A stretch of 64,000 nucleotides of DNA from contig OZ218952.1 of assembly GCA_965112735.1 (NCBI GenBank), forward strand, positions 2,976,001 through 3,040,000. Direction: 5' to 3'. The DNA comes from Phaeosaccion multiseriatum. Taxonomy: Eukaryota; Protista; Ochrophyta, other classes. The notes beneath the pieces were generated by a model, which was not told the origin of the DNA, did not search any database, and worked only from the letters and a program-made list of their open reading frames with translations. Within the stretch, counting starts at the first letter, position 1; each line of letters begins with the position of its first letter. Below are positions 26,744-48,270 of the stretch, piece by piece. A program made the translations under genes and the position numbers.

Positions 26744-28841
26744 AGAGAGAGAGATAAGAGAGTGAGAGAGATGAGAGACAGAGAAGAGAAGAGAGAGAGA
26801 GGGGAGTTGACACATCATGGAGGTCGCCAGTCAGTGGGAGTATGGGACCGGACTAGACCAGCGATCTGAAAGCAGCGGCAAGGTTTGGCATCAGTGAGTC
26901 AGCAACAAAGGAGCAGTGAGGAAGGGGAGAAAGGGCTGGTGGGCTAAGGACGTACGAGGACGATTGGGAGCGCGAGTTCGATCGCTCACTTGGCGGACGC
27001 ACAAACACACACGTACCGATGTCCTCCTTCGCCCTCGCGTCCGTCGCCCAAGACGACTTGGTGAGGGGAAAGCACAGATCGTTGTCAGTCAACTCTGCGG
27101 TGACAGGGAAAGTCAGTCCCTTCAGTGGCAATCTGCAAAAGGAGAAGAGAGAGCGAGAGAGGTGGGTTGGGGGAGGGAATGAAGGAGGCAAGACTCTCAG
27201 AGTGAGGGGGGGGAGGGGTGTAGCTCGGCTATTCTGGGGCCCACGTATGAAAAAAGCACGTGCGTATATATACATATAATCTCCTTCCCCAAGACACGAG
27301 CAAACCGCGAGGGAATGGTCTTACAATACGAGGAAGTCGAACACAATTCTGCGACCACCGACGCCATTCAATTGCACGCACCTCTTGGCCGCCACAGGAG
27401 GTCCAGATCTTCCAAACGCGGACAGAATCAGCCTCGACTTGTCCGTGTTTAATTGCGGAAAAGCTGCGGCGGAGGAGAATCAAGGATGGAAGGGGGGGAG
27501 GGCAGACCACACAACACAGTACCACAGTGTGAGGGGTGGCGATGAAAGGGACGAGGGAGCACCGAATAAGAAAGCAGGAATGGTGTTTATGGGACTTGTG
27601 CACGGCGCTGCTGTATTGCGAGCACACGCGCACCCCAACGCAGTGCGCACTGCCAATGCAGTTCAGCACAGCAAAGGCGGTCTCTCCCTCATACTGCAGC
27701 CCCCACACCCCCCGTAGTCTCCTCCCTTCCCTTCCCTTCCCTTCCCTTCCTTTAGAGTCTCACAGACTCTTCCTTGCTATGGCACGTGCCGCCTGCCGCT
27801 TCTTCCCAGTGCCGGTCGTCTCGTGTTCTATCCCTCCCTCTCTCTACGCCCACTCATATACACTCTTCTCCTCTCTCTCTCCCTCCACTCACATACACAC
27901 TCTCTACCTACGCGCACTCGTAAAACACTCTGTCGTAGCTCTCTCCCTCTCTCTCTCTCTCTCTGCGCCCACTCACATGACACATCCGTTAGTCCCAGGG
28001 GCTCATCCCTGTTGGAGATGGTGACGCGAAGCTTGGCGATGGTGGCTCCTTGCGGTCCCGCCACACCCTGCTGCGACATTGATGCCTTCTCTTTGGCTGC
28101 CTTCACGCCGGCCTGGTACCGTGCTAGTTGGTCAGCCGTGGAGTCGCCAGTCGGGAGGGGCACCTGAGAACCTGGAAATGTTTCTGGTTTGGCCTGCTTA
28201 AGCCCGCTAACATCGATGCCTATATTCCTCACTACGAGACGAGTGGAGCACACAGTCAGGGTGGGGAGGGCGGGGCATGGTGGGTAAATACAGAAAGAGG
28301 AGAGATGGGAAGAAAGAGAGGGAGTGGCGCGGGGGGCGCTTGGACCAGCCACGCGAAGGCTTTATGTACCAAACTTAAAAGGGAGAAGCACACACCTTCC
28401 GCTGCCATCGCCGTCATTGGACTTGCCAGGGACACTGCGAGGAATCCAGTCATCACTGCAGCTGCAACGCCGTTCTTCAGCACGTCTAATGCTGGTGCTG
28501 CTACCCTCACCAGCTCCCTGACGGGGCTGCTGCTGCTCCTGCCGCTGCTGCGACCATCGTCGTCGTGTGGATTGGACGCCATGAGGAAGCTCCCTCCGCC
28601 TCTGTGGGCAGACGATTTACATAACATGGAGAGAAAGAGACTTAGATGATGATAGAGGGGGGAGCTGGAGCGGCAGAGCCCGAGGCTGTGCGTAATGCTC
28701 ATGTACACAGCAAAAACTGACTCGAACAGCAGAGCGGAACAGAAGCAGCATCAGCAACAGGAACAGCCGCGAGGCAGCAGCAGGGGGAGCAGTTCTCCAC
28801 CCGATTAGGCCTCGTCTTCTACCTTTGCGTGAGTCGCTCAT
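26436..28841 (-). CDS. Hypothetical multi-exon protein, possibly plastid/thylakoid-lumen targeted; 5' end uncertain
   Basis: Coding-like segments in ORFs 28256..28708, 27828..28352, 26853..27275 and 26436..26813, separated by microsatellite-rich introns; hydrophobic stretch ending 'ASPMTAMA|AE' resembles a lumenal peptidase site. Confidence 0.5.
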
Positions 28842-29114
28842 TCTGACGGTGTGTGCGCGACAACTGTGCTGCCCCCGGTGAAGCCGTGAACGCCTGCACA
28901 GCCGATGGGCTAGACCAGGTCACAGCTAGTAGGGAACCTCCTGCTGTTGCTACGGCGGACAACGCAGACAGCCGCATCCTTTTACTCTCTCTCTCCAATT
29001 AACTACTCCACCCCCTTGTAATGCAAAATTTTCTCGAGTCGAGGCTCAAGCGCTGAAACTGAAACTGAATCCGTTGTTGCGAGAGCCTTTAGCTTTCTCT
29101 ATCAGAGGAATGAT

Positions 29115-38004
<8,890 letters not shown>

Positions 38005-39150
38005 TGGGGAACCATCAGAGGAGGCGTAGGAGCTGATGATCTGATGCTGATGCTGATGCGTGTGGGTTAGTAGAAGAGAGAGAGCGAGAGCAACCGAATC
38101 CATGTGCACAAATCAAGCCACACCAAAACCAATACAACTGTAGCTCAGCCATTTTTTGTTTTTATTTAATTCTTTTTTTCCAAGATTTTGTATCATTGTC
38201 TTCTTTTTTTGCCCGTGTGCTTGACACATTACTTGACAAGGAGCGAAACATCCAAACATGCCTGCCCCTTTTAGGGGGAAATTCAAACGTGCCCACCTCG
38301 TAATGCTCCCTCTTCTCTCCCTTCTCTCATTTTTCGCCCGTCAGTCCTTCCCTTTTCCTTTTTCAAAAAAAAAATGAGAGGGGGCAGGAGAGCCACACAG
38401 GAACATCGCATCGAAAATCGACGCGATGGGCGGCCACCAAACGAGAGGCATTCTATCTTCAGCGCTGTCCTCTTGTCACTCTGACAAGACACGCTGAGCA
38501 CCAAGGGAGAGGAGCCGTCCATCCAGGAGGGCCCAACGGAGAGGGAGAGCAGCCGTCCATCCGCCGTCCCCTCGTGTGCCTCCCACCGGGACGCGCTTCT
38601 TCGTTTGCGTGGGGCAGACTTTAAGAGTGAGAGCGAGTGCCTGCCCCGGCCGCTGCCCCCCTCTCTTTTCGCGTTTCATCGCTCGACCCCGAAGTTCCTC
38701 CCTTAATAGGCACGGGCAGTGTCGATATGCCTCCCAGGAGCGTCGAAATGTCTCCCCGACGGAGCAGTGTTCCCGTGTGTTCCGCGCGGGATCCATTCAC
38801 CACAGGCCTCCGTAGGCCTCCATAGACGGCCTCGGGTGAGCTTGGTCGCTTGCTCAGGCGGACTCTAATGGGGTCTCCTATGCGACAGTCCACGCCTATC
38901 TATACCCTTTTCAATCTTTCTTTCGCTCACGCTCCTCTGCTCCGCCGTTGCTCTTCCTCCTTCTCCTCCTCCTCCTGCTCCTCTTCTCGTTCCTCCTCCC
39001 TAACTGCCCGCCAGGGACGTCAAGCAAAACACGCCGCGCTGAAGCTGAGCCGCGAAAAACAATGCAAAAGAGTCGCTTGCCCCAGTACAGCGCACATAGA
39101 GAGAGAGAGGTTGGTGGGGCGAAGCGTCTACAGAAGCATCGCGCTTACGA

Positions 39151-40765
39151 TCACACACCCTTCTCCTTCCCACACGTGGCTACTCTGAGCAACCTCGCCA
39201 GCTTGCTGCGGGACAGTCGGGGGCAGTGAGGGAGGAGAAGCTGCGCGACAAGGGCATTGTGAGTATCGCACAGGCAGGAGAGGCGCACGAGAGGGTGTGT
39301 GTGGGTAGGTACAAGATGCGGACAAGCGCAAGCGGCAAGCAAGGAGAAGGAGGAGCAAGGCGGGTGAGTGAGCGAGTAGGTGCAGAGAGAGAGAGAGAGG
39401 AGGCCCCACGAATTGGCACTACAGGGAAGGGTGACACACACACAGGGTGAGAAAGAAAGGCGCTCACAGAGACGACAAGACACGACATGGGTGCTTGCCC
39501 GAGGCGCTTGCATGTTGGCTCTACGTAGTCTAACATGACCTTACCTTCTCGCAGATGACGTACCAACCGATGGCCATGCAGGCTCCTATAGAGCCCCCAC
39601 TACAGACTTGAGACAGAGTGTGACACGCGAGGTAGATCTGCCGATTCGGGGAGGAGCAGCAGCAGAGAGGAGGAGGAGGTGGGTGGAGGGGCCATGTTGG
39701 GGACCGACAAGGGCCATAAAAACCGAGAGACAGAGAAAGTGAAGCAGTAGGGAAGTTCATAAACACCATCACATGTCCACAGAGCGAGTGTGTGTAGCAG
39801 GAGGGACTTTCTCAAGCATCATCAAGTGTCCACAGAGTGGGTCGGGTCCAAGCCAAAGGCCGCCCCGCTGATGACTCACCCTTGAATAGCCAACCGCCGC
39901 TGCCCAGGAGAAGAGGAGGCAGGCCGCCCCGCCTCTGACCCATCGATTGTCGCTGCCGCCATTAAGCAGCGTGTGGGCACTGGCCCTGCCGAGGAAGTGC
40001 AGGTGGAGGCCACAGCAATCAGTCAAGAGGCCAGGATTCTTGGGAAAGAAAGGGAGGGATGGATGGATGCCTCTTTCTTTCTTTCGTTCGTTCGTAAGTG
40101 AGTGAGTGAGAGAGACGTACCTCCTGTATATCCAAAGTGCTGTGAAGGTGGCAAAGTATGCCATGAACTGCGCATGGTTGGAGGGAAACCCCGAGCCGCC
40201 GTTCGGGCAGCCTTCAGGCCTCGCTTGGTACAGCGCAGGGATTGCCTTGAGCACCTGTAGCCGGGAGAGAGAGAAGTCGGCACCATCTTGAGCACAGTCA
40301 TCTTTTCAGGAGTGGCCACGTTCTACTTCAGGAGTGCCCTACCCACCTTGTTGCACAGAAGGTCAATGCCCTGTCCGAAGAGGAAGAGAAAGAAGGGGAT
40401 TTCTCGGCGCGTCAAGAGGAGCGTGAGGTAGGCCACCGCGAGAAAGCTGCGTCCAGTCAATCGAGCAGAAAAAAAGTCAAGTCCACGAAGCGGTGTCCGT
40501 CAGAAGCGGTTGGAGAAGCAGCAGACGACCAAAGGTACGGATAGCAGCATTGCTACGTAGGCAAGCTTACATGGGAGAGAGCGTCAACAAAGCCATCGGG
40601 ACACCGAGTAAGGCATCACTCCGATACCTGGAGGAGACGCAGGGCCGTACGTTGGTGAGACACAGACAGGCAGAGGGAGCACTACAGGCAGAGGTTTCTC
40701 TCCACGCACCTGACCACAGTAAGCCCAAAGTACTTATACTCTGGGTCGCAAGGATCCAGCGGCAT
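39151..40765 (-). CDS. DOLPP1: Dolichyl-diphosphatase (PAP2 family), multi-exon; 3' end uncertain
   Basis: Start 'MPLDPCDPEYKYFGLTVVRY', 'LLTLSP', PAP2 motifs 'K...ARP', 'GFPSNHAQFM', 'YSRIYLACHTLSQV'. Confidence 0.82.
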
Positions 40766-41107
40766 GGATCCAAGAGAGAGAGAAGAGAAACCACTTGAAG
40801 ACAAAAATGTTTGGGGAACGAACTCCTCCGAGAGAGCAAAAAAAGGAAAATGAAAATTGAAAATTCAATGTGTTGATGAGAAGGTGGTGCAAGGGTGGTG
40901 TGTGAGAAAAAAATGGTGAGGAGTTTCTGTATCACCAACAGGTCATCACAATTGGGTCAAATTTTTTATTTCTGCGCGACATTTCTCAAGTTCTCTGGGC
41001 TCTGACGAGGGTTTTGAGCCCCTCGTCTTCTCTGCTGCTGCCGCGGCAGCAATAAAATTACGATCGCTTTGACCGGACAGTGTGGTAGAGGGTTGGGAGT
41101 GAGCGGC

Positions 41108-43385
41108 ATGGCGCTTGTATCTTGGGAATCGTTCATGGCAGAGGCGGCAGACGGAAAACTGGGGGGGTGTGAGGTGGAGCTGCTGGAAGAGGGCAACAAG
41201 GGAATGGACGGAGGGGTAGCAAAGGCAGCAGCAGCAGCAGCCACGGAGGATGATGCCTTGGAAGAGAAGCACGCTGTGAAGGCTGTGACACCATTGTTAC
41301 CCTTGTTCGACTGTGCAGAGACTCCCGAGGAAGTGGCGCCTGCACCGCTGTCGGGGTCTCAGGATGTAACACCTCAAGATCCATCGGGTATGCGGGCTCC
41401 CCGGAGGGGAAGTTTCAAGGAGAAGACCATGGCGCGAGTGCACCGGTGGAGCAGCATCTCCGGGAGTAGTCAGTCATCCCACTCTTTTGATACGAGTCGG
41501 CGGGGCAGTTTTAGGCGGTCACCAAGCCCCGGTAGGGATGGCAGGGAAAACAGAAAGATGGAGATGGTAAAGCTCGCTATGAACCCCCCGCCTTTGCTGG
41601 ATGTCCTAAGGGGCGAGGCAGCGGCACCCTTCACCGCAATGTCGTTCAGGTGAGTGGGAGCGCCCATTTTATCTCCCTCCCTCCCTCCCTCCCACCATAC
41701 TACTCTTTCCTCCCCTCCACTCCCGGCTTCAATATATATGTATATATCCTCTTTCCTCGCATTTTCTCCTGTGTCCTTATACTCCTCCGCGTGGCCTTTT
41801 GTGTCCCCTATTGCCTGCCACCACCACCACCACCACCACCACCACCACCACCACCACCACATACCACCACCTCCACCTCCACCATCGTCATCGTTATCGT
41901 TATCGTTATCGTCACCCAGGCACTTTGCTCGGGAGCATTTGATCGAAGAGAACGTGGAGTTTGTAGACTCCGTACACATCTATCAAATGCTTTCCGGCGA
42001 GTGCCGCTCCGCTGTGTTGGAGGAGGCGCGGAGGATCTTCGACCTTTATGTGACCCCCAGCGCTGACAAACAGGTCAACCTCGGCCATGATGTTCGCGAG
42101 GCCGTCGAGAGGGAGATGGAGGTGTTTTCTGGAGCGGTAACGGACGACGTTCTTCACGAAGGTGAAGGAGGGGCGGGGGACGACTCGACTGCTCTGGCAC
42201 ATGACTGGGAAGCAGAGGAAGAATCAGAGGGGGAAGAGTTTTACGAGTTTGAGGTGGAGGAGGATGACGAAGAGGAAGAGGAGGAGGCGGCGGCGGCGGC
42301 GGCGGCGGAGGAGGAGGAGGGGGAGGAGGAGGAGGAGGAGGGGGAGGAGGAGGAGGAGGAGGAGGAGGAGGAGGAGGGAGGGGAGGAGGAGAGAGGGGAG
42401 GAGGAGAGAGGGGAGGAGGCGAAAGGGGAGGAGGCGAGAGGGGAGGAGGAGAGAGGGGAGGAGGAGAGAGGGGAGCAGGAGGAGGACAGAGGGGAGGAGG
42501 ACAGAGGGGAGGAGGACAGAGGGGAGGAGGAGGAGAGAGACCAGGACGAGGGCGAGGAAGAAGACGAGGAGGAGGACCAAGACGTGGAAGCCGAGAACGA
42601 AGAAGAGGGAGAGTATAGCCTTTTCTCAGAAGAGGGCAGCGCTGCCTCGGGCGAAACAACATTGGGGCTGGCAGGAGGAGGAGGGGCAGGTGCTGATGCG
42701 TCGACAGGCACCGCTACCGTAGAGATGGCCGGAGGGGGAGGGGCACGAAGGGGAGGGCCTGGCGGTGAGGATGCTCCTCCACCTTTCGTTCGCTTGGAGA
42801 GCGCAGTACCCGACTCTCGAAGGGGAGGAGCAGGAGAGAGGAGTACACCTCGGGGGGGCTTTCCTTCTCCTTCGGAACTCGCCATCTTCGACAAGGCTCA
42901 GTTGGCCGTGCTGCAGCTGATGGAGAGAGACTCTTACCCCAGGTAGGCGAATGGGGGGATTCGCAGACTTGTTGCCCCATTGGGAGGGAGAGGGAGAGGG
43001 GGAAGGAGCCCGTCTTTACGACATTCTTCCTTACCCTTCCCTTGCCTCTCTCCTGTCTCTCTCTCTATCTCTCAGGTTCGTGGAGTGGCAGCAAAAGCAA
43101 CTCATGCAGTACATGGTGCATATCGGGGAGGGGGCGACAATGAAGGGAGGCTTCTTCTTCTCCAGGGCAGATTGCGAGGTCAGGGAGGCCAAGACCACCT
43201 CCAGTGGCTTATTGGGGGGGGCAGGCGAGAAGGGTGTGCTAAAGAAGAGTCAGAGCGCTTTAGAAATGACAGCGGAAAATTCCTCTGTACCTTCTTTGTT
43301 GGAAAGGAAGAAGGAGTCGCTTGGAAAGAAGAAGGAGTTTGTAGCGTCGCGACTTGGCCAGATATTTTTTTTCCCTTCTCTATAG
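41108..43385 (+). CDS. Regulator of G-protein signalling (RGS)-domain protein with a large acidic insertion, 3 exons (~41108-41649, 41920-42942, ~43077-43385)
   Basis: 'FRHFAREHLIEENVEF...ARRIFDLYVTPSADKQVNL' and 'IFDKAQLAVLQLMERDSYPRF' are RGS hallmarks. Confidence 0.87.
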
Positions 43386-43751
43386 CTCATCAACACGTGT
43401 TATTCCCCCTATGCAGATAAAGTGTACTTGTAGGCAAATAGCTTTTAATGTCTTGGACTGTAATTTTATACACTTGTTACTGTATTCCTTCTCCCCTCCC
43501 CACTCAAAGTTATTCTTCTTTCCAATTTGTTGCATCAGAGAGGTCCGTTCACTAGCCTTGAGCTTACATCAGTGAGCAGTTCACTGGTCGAATAGGCGTC
43601 AAGTGTGGGGTACTTATTGAAAGAAAGCCTCTCACAAGTACCTGTACACGTCACAGAGGGGAAAAAAAAAAAAAAAAAAAATCGCTTGAACAGCCAACAG
43701 TTCACAGTCACAGTTGGCGCCCCACACCCGCTCCCACCCACAAAAAGGGGT

Positions 43752-45714
43752 ATGGCGTGGGGAAATAAGCCTACGGGGGTGGATGACCTCATTGCAAAGC
43801 TCAAAGCAGGAGACTGCCCGTCGCTCTGCGTGTTCTCAAGCCGGAGCCTGAAACCGCAGGTTGGTGGGAGGTTGGGAGATGAGGGATTCTCACACCCCCA
43901 ACTTTTTTTTTTTTATGCCTCCTGCCCACTCAGGCATCCTTTGTCGCGGTTCTCTCTCTCCCTTGTTGTCTCTGTATGTCTATTCCATAGATCAAAGAGT
44001 TTGCGGCCGCTTTGGGTGCGAACTCGTCATGCAAGGAAATCCTTTGCTCCGGGCACGACATTGGGCTGGAGGGCCTGAGGATCATGGGACAAACACTTGG
44101 CGAACGAAACACCACCGTTGAGAAGCTGTGCATAGGGAATAAGGACATGGACGACGCAGGTAAAGGTTTCGAGAGTGTGTGTGGGCTTGCTCTTCTGATT
44201 GTGTGACAGGGGCTGAAGGTGTTGAATCGATGCTGACACCCCCTCTCTCTCCATTCCTGTCCCACCCTGGGCCAACGTCGCCAAATCGACACTCGGTACC
44301 TGCAGGGGCCGCCGCTTTGCTGGAGGGGTTGGTGAAGAACAAGAGTTTGCTCCATCTTGACTTGGAGCACAAGAGCCTCTCGGAGGGCACACACATTGCT
44401 CGATTCCTCGCGGGCCATTCTGCTCTGCGAACCCTCTGCCTCGGGCGCAACACTCTCGGAGACAGGGGGCTGGAGCAGCTGTGCCAGGGACTGACCTCCG
44501 ACCTAGAGGTGGCCCCCTCCCTCACGTCACTCGATCTGAGTAGCAATGACATCACCGCTCTTGGAGCAGCGCGCTTGGCCAGTGCTCTCCGCACGGATGG
44601 TGATGGCCAAACAGAGGTAGTAACAGCAGCAGCAGCAGCAGCAGCAGCACTGCCTGCTCTGGCTCAGCTCGATTTGTCGGAGAATGGATCCATCGGAGAC
44701 GAAAGTGGCTCAGCTTTGGTGTCCTCGCTACTTCCGCGGCGAGGAGTGATCCAACGCCTTGTCATGCGAGAGTGCGGCATGGCAGTGCAAACAGGAGCCG
44801 CCTTGGGGCAGTTTTTAGCACATTCTCTGCAGCAGCGATTAGAGAGCAGTGGATCCACGGTTATAGCAGCAGCAGAAAAAGAAGGAGGGCAAAAAGGAGG
44901 ACAAGTAGAAGCGGCTCTCTACATTGACATGACAAGAAACGAGCTTGGGGCGGAAGGGGCCATTGTCCTTGCTGCCAACCTCCGAGAGGGGCGTGGGGCC
45001 TCCTCCGGGGCAACCTCGGCCCCTTACCGGAACATGTCGCTGCTTCTTGCTCACAACAATATCGGGGACGGAGGGGCCAAGGCGCTGTCCACGTACTTCC
45101 TTGCGACGGCTCCACCACAACAGGGAGGAGGGGGCGGCGACTGCTGCGAGACCAGCGGTGGCTGTGGGCCGTTGCTGAAAATGCTCGATGTTTCGGGCAA
45201 TGACATTTCATGTGAGGGTAGTGCATCCCTGCTCCGTACTGCTGTAGACGAGCTGCGCTTGTTCAACAACTTCATGCTGAGACAAAGCAGCAGCATTGCC
45301 GGTGATGGAAGCAAAAGCGCTGATCCCTCCCCCCCTACCACGCAAGCAGTAGAAGTAGCAGTTGCAACAGAAGAGGAGACACAAGAGAGTGACCACCCCC
45401 CGCCGCCGCTCCCCGACGCTGGAGAGAGACGAGCGCGTATGGACGAAGCTCTGAAGGCCCTGAGGCTCAACCCCTGCATTCGGACGCTCGACATTGGAGC
45501 GAACCGCCTCACGGACTTGGAAGTGGCGCAGTTGTGCGACGGGCTGCGAGAGGGGGACGGGCCTGCTCCGCCTCGTTTGGTGACGCTGGAGCTCGGAGGA
45601 AACGCCATGGGGACGCTTACGGAGGGGGCCATTGCAAAGTTGCAGACCGCGAACAAGGGCCTCGACATTGCCTTTAGGCAGCAGGGAAACGGCCTCACCG
45701 ATCCAACTCCATAA
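43752..45714 (+). CDS. Leucine-rich repeat protein (RNI-like), 3 exons
   Basis: Repeated 'LxxLxLxxNxIGDxGAxxL' units, e.g. LRTLCLGRNTLGDRG, LTSLDLSSNDITALG, LAQLDLSENGSIGD. Confidence 0.87.
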
Positions 45715-45893
45715 AACCGCACTTCCCTCCAGAGAGGGAGGGAGGGAGACCATAAAGTAGCGTAGCGGACTCTCTCTCTGTGTGTGTGTGTGTCTCCTGC
45801 TCTGGACCCATTACGAAGAGAGCTCTCATGTGATGAATGACACCACTAAAACTTTTTTATGATAGGTGTACTAGTATCTGTCGTTTTATCGTA

Positions 45894-47550
45894 TCATCCT
45901 CCTCCTCTGTCTGATCCTCTCCCTCGCCCTCTCCCTCCACCCCGTCCCCCTCTACCACCCCCCCGCCCTCCTCTGCCCCCGCTTCTCGCACCCCTCCCTC
46001 TGCCGCCACCACCACCACCGCCTCGTGCCCCTCGGAAAGCCGCCCCTCCCCTCCCCCCGTCGCTGCCTCTACCCCTTCCCCCGCCCCTCCCCCTGCCCCT
46101 CCCTCGAACGGCGGCGTCGAGCCTGGCCGGCGCTACCCTAGCGTCTCTGTTGTTGTCTGCTGCCTCGCTCCTCTTCTTGAGCAGCCCCATGAAGAAGCTT
46201 GCCCTGTTCCGCACCATCCCCTTATCGTAGGCCACGAAGTCGTTCACCGCGATTCGACCAATCTGAGTGAGGGAGTGAGGAAACAAGGGAACAGAAGCAA
46301 ACGCGAAGGAAGGTTTGGGGGGGGGTGAACGGATACACGAGGTGATCTTCTCTCTAGAGCTACAAGACTTACTTGCTCTACTAGCGCCAACTCGAATGAA
46401 CTGACTGTACACCTATCATCTTCATCATCTTCTGATTGTACATGCACCAAAAGTCGACTGACTCGATTCGCTCTCACCCCTCGCACTTACCTTCGGATCG
46501 ACATTGCCGAGAAAGCTCATGCCCCTCTCGTCTACGTCTCCCTCGAGCAGCTGCCCATTCTTGATGAATTCAGCCACCATAGTTGCCGCCTGTTCACACA
46601 CACAAACATATCCATGTATAGGGGGAGGGAGCCGCGAAGACGTAATATTACAATCCTGCAAAAGCAACTTTTCTCCTCCTCCTCCTCCTCCTCCTCCTCC
46701 TCCTCCCACACTGCTCCTCTGCTTCCCATCTACCGCACCATGCGTTGATTCTTGCTCTTGTCAGAGGCCAGCGTCTGGAGGCTCTCCTTATCGACAGTTT
46801 TGCGCACATTGATTTGGCGCTTAACCTCCTCGCCGTCGCCATCTCGAGCAATGAGCAGGGAGCCGTCTCGACCCAGGGCTACCTTGTAGCACTTCTCGGA
46901 CGGAAGGTCCAAGAATGCTATGCCTCTGAACTTCCCAGTGGTACTCGTGACCTGAAGGGGGGAGAGCGTATGGTTATGAGGAGCGCCGATAGATAGCAGT
47001 GAGGGAGGCGGAAGGAAGGGGGGGAAGGGGGGAGGATATTTTCCCCTGCTCTCGACTCTTTACTCACCATTCGCAGAGATACTTCGAGACCCTCCTTCTC
47101 CGCCGCCTTCCACGTCTTCTTGAAATGCCTCTTAATATCCTCATCTGTCGACTCGTACGGCAGCTGATTGATATAGAGACTGTACTTGATGTCTCGCCAC
47201 CGCTGCTTCTTTGCCCTTTGTCCTTCCTCATTCGCTCCCTCTTTCTCTCCTGCATCCTCCCCGGGTCTAGCCCTCTTCTTGCCTGGCTTTGGCGATTCAT
47301 CTGAAGGGCCCGCTCCCTCTCTCTCCTCCTCCTTCTCCTCTTCCTCCTCCTCCTCCTCCTCCTCCTCCTCCTCCTCCTCCTCCTCCTCCTCCTCCTCCTC
47401 CTCCTCCTCCTCCTCCTCCTCCTCCTCCTCCTCCTCCTCCTCCTCCTCCTCCTCCTCCTCCTCCTCCTCCTCCTCCTCCTCCTTCTTCTTCTTCTTGTTC
47501 TTCTTCTTCTTGTCCTTCTTGTCCTTCTTGTCCTTCTTCTCCTTCTTCAT
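45894..47550 (-). CDS. RRM-domain RNA-binding protein with K/E-rich N-terminus and C-terminal RGG box, 4+ exons; start uncertain
   Basis: RNP2 'LYINQLPY', RNP1 'KFRGIAFLD', 'VRNRASFFMGLLKK', RGG tail. Confidence 0.8.
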
Positions 47551-48270
47551 CTTCTTCTTCTCCCGCGGTCTTTCTTATCCCCACCTATTCCGACCCTCTC
47601 TACGACTTCCGCGATATCGCGTCCCCCCATCCCCTGGGTACGGCCCCTTCCTTCTTCTCTCTTTCGGCGCTCTACAGTCTAGAAGCAGCGGTGCAGAAGA
47701 GGAGGGGCAGAGAGACCTCTGGGAGCACCTCATCTCCTCACTGTGGGCAGGGGTGCTGCTGTGTGGAGGGCCTACCGACTGCGAACCGTTGAGCAGCGGA
47801 AAGCACACAAGGAAAAAAAAAAAAGAGGGAACGATAAAAGTAGCGGCTTCTCCACGGGCAGGGGCGGCGACCCTCTGAGGGCTCTACCCCGCTTACATAT
47901 TGCCCATAGTACTCGTCGTGGCCGTCCTAGGGTGCATCGCTGGTGGGGCGGGGAAAGGGCGGGGCGGGAGACTTCAAGTTCGCCTCACCCGCATTTGGGG
48001 AAACTTAGAGCAAGGTTGTGAGGGCGGGAAGGAGGGAGGGATAGAGCGCACCTTCCTTTTACACGGATTCATTGTCTCCCCCACTTCACATGGCACGGCG
48101 CGCCTGTGGTTCTCCGATCCACTCGCTCTTCCACGGGGGAAGGCTGGGGGGGGTTGAGGGACTGTCATCAGGAGGGGAAAGGAAAACTATCGGCGACGTA
48201 GGGAAGCGCCCTGTGCGCGAGACGAAGAGCAGCATCTGCAGTGTGAGACCAGGGCCCGCAGTCCAGAAGC

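Noticed and set aside
38283-39150. Gene between TTLL3 and DOLPP1
   Set aside because: Short ORFs without coding features I could recognise.
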